64,000 bases of DNA from Blautia sp. Its GTDB lineage: Bacteria > Bacillota > Clostridia > Lachnospirales > Lachnospiraceae. Of the stretch, positions 63,601 to 64,000 are shown piece by piece. A model generated the notes under the pieces. That model had not been told where the DNA came from and ran no database searches. It worked only from the letters and a program-made list of their open reading frames with translations. The stretch lies in assembly GCA_050944615.1 (NCBI GenBank), contig JBMNRL010000016.1:4262-68261 (forward strand), written 5' to 3'. How positions within the stretch are numbered: position 1 is the first letter of the stretch; every line of letters begins with the position of its first letter. The position numbers were made by a program, and so were the translations under genes.

Positions 63601-64000
63601 CGGAAGCTGATCCAGCTGATTCGCGGTTAGCTTCGGCAAATACAGCGTTTTCTGCCATACTGAGCCGGACGCCATATCCATATCCTTCAAATAACCGCTG
63701 CTGCCATGATGTCCATCATTATAATAATGGCTGGTACTGCTCCCGTCACCAGTATCCGCGCTGCTTCCCGGCATATAGACATAGGCATCCTGCAGATACT
63801 CATACGTATCAATATTCGGATTGATAGTTCCGCTGACGCCCACATCATGCTGGAGATAGTTCATATCCATCATGATCCCGGTATTCGCAAGTTTCCTGGT
63901 GTACGCATTATAAGCGCTTATCTGTGGATTTCCATAGCTGTACATCGGATAGGAATAGTCATAATATCCGCCGCTTCGTTCGTGCTGGTAATACTCTCCA
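51631..64000 (-). CDS. Giant cell-wall-anchored surface protein (>4100 aa, 5'-partial) with 11 SdrD-B/Cna-B-like repeats
   Basis: Frame stays open from 63945 to the window edge (GEYYQHERSGGYYDYSYP-M). About 11 G.I.G.(V/I)(W/F).D.(D/N).DG repeats, D(I/V)LP motifs in the N-terminal half, C-terminal PVKTGD + hydrophobic helix + RYRRKEKK tail. Confidence 0.9.
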   Translation of the reverse strand, partial: GEYYQHERSGGYYDYSYPMYSYGNPQISAYNAYTRKLANTGIMMDMNYLQHDVGVSGTINPNIDTYEYLQDAYVYMPGSSADTGDGSSTSHYYNDGHHGSSGYLKDMDMASGSVWQKTLYLPKLTANQLDQLPATVSYLSPSARKNRDYYQYLMRYRNSSAKWDGEGRQIPVVWAQARTHLQTAWLAASSQMISDETDYLKTKQYLGNGNREASDTHYRYIDDYSYDSSQNDAIARYKLYSDDFITTLEYDQEFTSRLAAYNYGDWDLSSGVEFIYTLPRGMEPRLGDGASLPDITAKILSGGDSRNPVYTDLDPGNIEIEILQKPGTSAGYLAPRKIQDPLLVQDVMNTTDDVYSANPDYYEGDDAAYSPWVLKITVRAPLKKWYHRGTDSGYQIVVDIPERVYRTNESEYWYDQVMVRPAKVDDKDSLYYQIYDQTSASGHTKFNVDWKTKVENGMVSLQFGGMDYLWNGYNYGGYNNGPGQIFYMNGSPNMPYIDGFNISNKEVDTSSDVNGSAVTEWNKADFASGSRDTYAATGTRVKMRKPMLRTWTTIGKNNLSGAKLEDYYVNPEGDTSAVNIHVENKDYLNDYAPNGNGSYSYGQGNHNVKYAKWRHTYAVDGGNMGTLYYPVVTDILPAGIVPKDVNGKLFTEDNEENAKHSLKWSLNDKQGTPLTDEQENYRTRVEYVTLQAEDGGTEGRYKVTFMQKEGAADKAKILSGDTRIFSFDFFTKMGPDTQLKDGTQESDLLYQYQKNHIYVSSSLEGFKFLTDADTTGGAGENPYWVGNYYSPLYLDYYPISPDDTRADAVKKTHRIPWEYNGNHVYQKSGGNLPDHMFRFDQSSALAGKDYPILDATVEGGIHRYQETDEMEMEDYTDLRNSLKLQPKDRDFNDNGGSNTHKEASGYPELPDTGVTTTSRIRVKQASLSNESFVSKKQADELQTEESMGGRSDEGFAQGIYEYYPDEDTHVEYGDNLYYHVKITNSTGEEDYSYQGDITHSVITVNITLPSIASYRTKDDDRMYVVKDGQKYSFAELTANGWLIKETKRQVNDDDTETLRFDIVTPGDAQSYQDFVDGKKLPGHLDTKESFVFGIKTVVDHAEGPETVMTGEEFWDEDYKADTYVNFHLMDGSYLKEAYPDRDYNTLDMQDLSEAKYERPMEDDEENGLDLDLDGEYKERYFCDVTAKVTVLKPKSVVRLDTGIPRVSMSDPDADVVVAEDPGVKGLKKMMIYLDQAVNEGAAVGAYIVDWRIPFRGTNNGTQEEAAPSDGALYPDIHNIGTGVWEIPEDVGVEAYGEEEAAKYREELAEKLKVHVYAKMTEELPADDLNAGYGTPDDWTDGNWMELTDASGVPITTNTVIDVKEKLKNQSTHICQLRYVITAAAGMTEADIEIKRQWRVPKGFRLAIDDLNADVDGVQEMNDIDPNHNNVNPLPDCVTTEITYKSGTDVEGCIDEIHETGQAAFLTLTTENHGDVRRHANHFATAWARYDDKQIAQISKRSRAGYFISKEIPYLQVDLSAQYLKRMKREGDSEYSLAWDDDTLISPGTSLMMKYQASMYNLDETDIIELAKKEVDPDNATDPVISNVLPYLEDVMDSRSDGAADPYGYDKYQYVEYGSQEYLDSYVRADYKGTKSLSSAQAQWTWYVIDKEGNVVEEPDLKLKEDDGFEIYDKPADLSGYNRKILTWRFDGKLKPGQKVIVDFMVPLTAQDYGIVSADLLQCKNYAFKYGSFDGYIPETQSSYEAYALEVDSRDINNNGITNNERTLTKSVGGIIFESNRTVTRKKISRSEYGSGTDAGGNGDRRPSLVPEGTDYTFEIALVDRDNPGSGQPYQHPIIYDVLPYPEDSTIVTKSSRNSTWSGWINLDSVKVSKEYRDEKGLVVANMTEGADYKLWVGPFTKVNNEIQALDVSVLPAVEQTGTAEFYQAMYGDSNEAVAEKSKFMVPVSDLKASSNYEELQKQVLAVYVETKEDFTLSGEEKLKLEYQMKAPLNLPLYPGYMPENSENNSALAEAVKDYTGWNTYSMMTGEPSAKPEESPRAGVYLDAPADKGYIGHYVWLDGSCNAEFTDEGEYLKRDADGRYIFSKATKDLDYDGVPDDPGINGVLVELLSENGYPVNKLGEPVVYDAAEGKYIIIDEATGKKKVNENTGAYQYTPFGPAAYTTEKDAYGNNGYFIISNLTPGNYKLRYTFPVHDYNEHAVTTLQLGDASKGGTVTGVDIYRDGDTLPDLGDPGAGDVPCDCQSVDNCLVVQTKEAVAVEAIGTDPGTYRTYDERMTAYDLGVCNAYLYGGYAWAEGDDKKVDGIREADEKVLKDVKITFYEVDASGKVSEKPALGRNGEEASAVTDENGHFEIYLYPGRSYVAKADTTKLTVIYKPTPFTLSTDPLEKNTDNDLYEDKASKEHITYLFPVGPSRDKNGVLIQNEFGTYLADPEDPLGFGFVEAGKGYLGKHIFDDESYDGIWNQYPNGQGQTVTEPEIAGVKLVLETYYYDETAKEWVYAGVPADKTYSSTGGGYIFEVPTTYVPQGETEKHLAGYKVRLDMDTVPKDYVPTKYYMNQGYKDSDLSWQANELGYRYLTPDVVIAAEEAVDNTNLEYQIKVGDKAYDTTEGQMILDIDAGLARVEKGRIEGVIWEDKNYDGQRGTYEKDGKQVPEPGIKDMEFELIPYYYQDGWKKLDTTSHPTYCQTVRSAADGSYCFNGLASTVEIGGAVYITSYKIKLLSGLEDKPYAVTRYHVGNTDTDSDLIKGDQLLTESDEYIIIAKKVAEPDQPDDLSPQYGVPKLGNQDALVIGNALGYFDRIKVENHEGNDAGLLEFQKGDISGIIWEDADYDGLLEQDESKIAGIELNLERYYLDENGAWQKDPSFVAKTAKSDADGKYVFENLTGYAKRPDGTLTLAAYKVKAVNLPEKYGVTLYKQTGGRNSDIDGDMYLTGDGDDGELILLAKESVGSGNDSYLRTYQDKVYDLVTAQDAEEYDGGLIEYPLAKITGKVFHDENYDGKLGKDEGYSKELLAAVSQMTGGQLTVTAKYYYQDEDGNWQPQETNQIQKSSTAAVANDGSYELKLPTQVLIDGRHCLAGYQLELNGLPEGFLVTKRLLNKGSGDSSLNQADLVITKTGPDGYLNGKHEEQDSYVIAAKYWQDEVKSSASQNMRSGYDIALAEEREEYNAGLVKTGLSSISGRIFEDTAYDGEYQSDKDAGINDVPVYLTQYYYDPDQGQWIVSAANTASTDTAEKCYQASATASVLVNQNTEDGIYEFTDLPVYVEVNDILYLAGYTVRVGKFQSPYDQYAVTHQHYAGVAEDVDSDLNAVSGKMETVKGEEFYILAKALEGSKKDSSYIRKYNGVSYDLAVAAGPFDHCDGGVTEYTLGRIGGYVWKDEDSDGIREEKEETVPDAEIVLHWYRQTADDQWEELVDRMQTAVTGEDGHYEFTDLPAYGEENGDKFLYAYRLILTEMPKDLVPTRYRAGTDAVLDSDLKQQKDKTLTLTDEGEYILLAQEVTGGRKPNTPYTLHHGNRIYDFVKGAQDDSYGAGYSRGGGGGVTYERGSISGTVFLDKEYDGRLGDADQRLAGRRICLSRYRYDERTKEWIPEFPEGTFYRETTTDEKGCYQFKDLETADTGSGAKELYGYRVWMPEREDGYEVTRYLANGGIADSALVEATMEITKKGGPQIYKGCIMIAKETGEEASPFDKVHASHETDYNAGLVEKEYHRIAGTVWEDSDGDGIRQDAEAGIADVEVCLETYYRIRGQWKLQDGLTVYAYTDEDGEYAFEDLPLSADWKGEKVLAGYRLHIQEIPMDKTVTAFRKNGGSYDSDLDEMTGYLVPLAKYAYDKDFLLLSKKSKEDGNLEGYSCVKGHDVTGNDAGLKPYQPGAISGVVFEDKNRNGIMEWEDSAVEGYEVSLEYKVGSHSRTELVSDPYCVICDGVYASFEGRTAVTDDKGQFRFEELPAVDEEGTPYVYRLKMNKKDHAAFTRVYAVGTETLTGHNVCGKPAGVVQETNPNTGITQGVTLALERTQKNYYQQSYEAEAKEKTLYLGYHIPKAAQDEPVEWLVPPKRPQLILPTRPATSVKLEKPVKTGDETQTEWMLLLMALAGLLAVGCIRYRRKEKKQGSSSMQDMR

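Overview
This window looks like chromosomal DNA from a spore-forming gut Firmicute, probably Lachnospiraceae-like (inferred from gene content). Most genes are on the minus strand. From left to right: two type IV prepilin-like genes (one 1234 aa, one with a putative C-terminal CBM5/12-like module); an NlpC/P60 hydrolase; a Zn-dependent PLC-family gene; an AT-rich zinc-ribbon membrane protein; and a housekeeping block (metA, ligA, pseudouridine synthase, CE4 deacetylase, SH3 protein, tRNA-Arg(CCG), efp, citrate synthase, a Cys1-less purF, aminotransferase, NhaC transporter, gdhA, nrdR). Next come an acid-sugar catabolic operon (pdxA2-kdgT-DUF1537 kinase-larA-glycerate kinase) with larB and a divergent PrpR-like regulator, and a dispersed sporulation cluster (ylmC, sigG, sigE, spoIIGA) interrupted by ppk2 and a Na/Pi transporter. 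The right end holds aroD, T-box-controlled thrS, and a >4100 aa SdrD-B/Cna-repeat surface protein, open at the window edge, translationally coupled to an orphan family-5 solute-binding protein. The most striking unexplained signal is a modular ~140-bp palindromic repeat family. It occurs at four loci, each directly behind an intrinsic terminator and in the same orientation relative to transcription, and one hairpin shows compensatory base changes. The best new-pathway candidate is the nickel-pincer racemase (LarA) embedded in a tetronate/glycerate operon. All motif, alignment and GC statements were made by eye.
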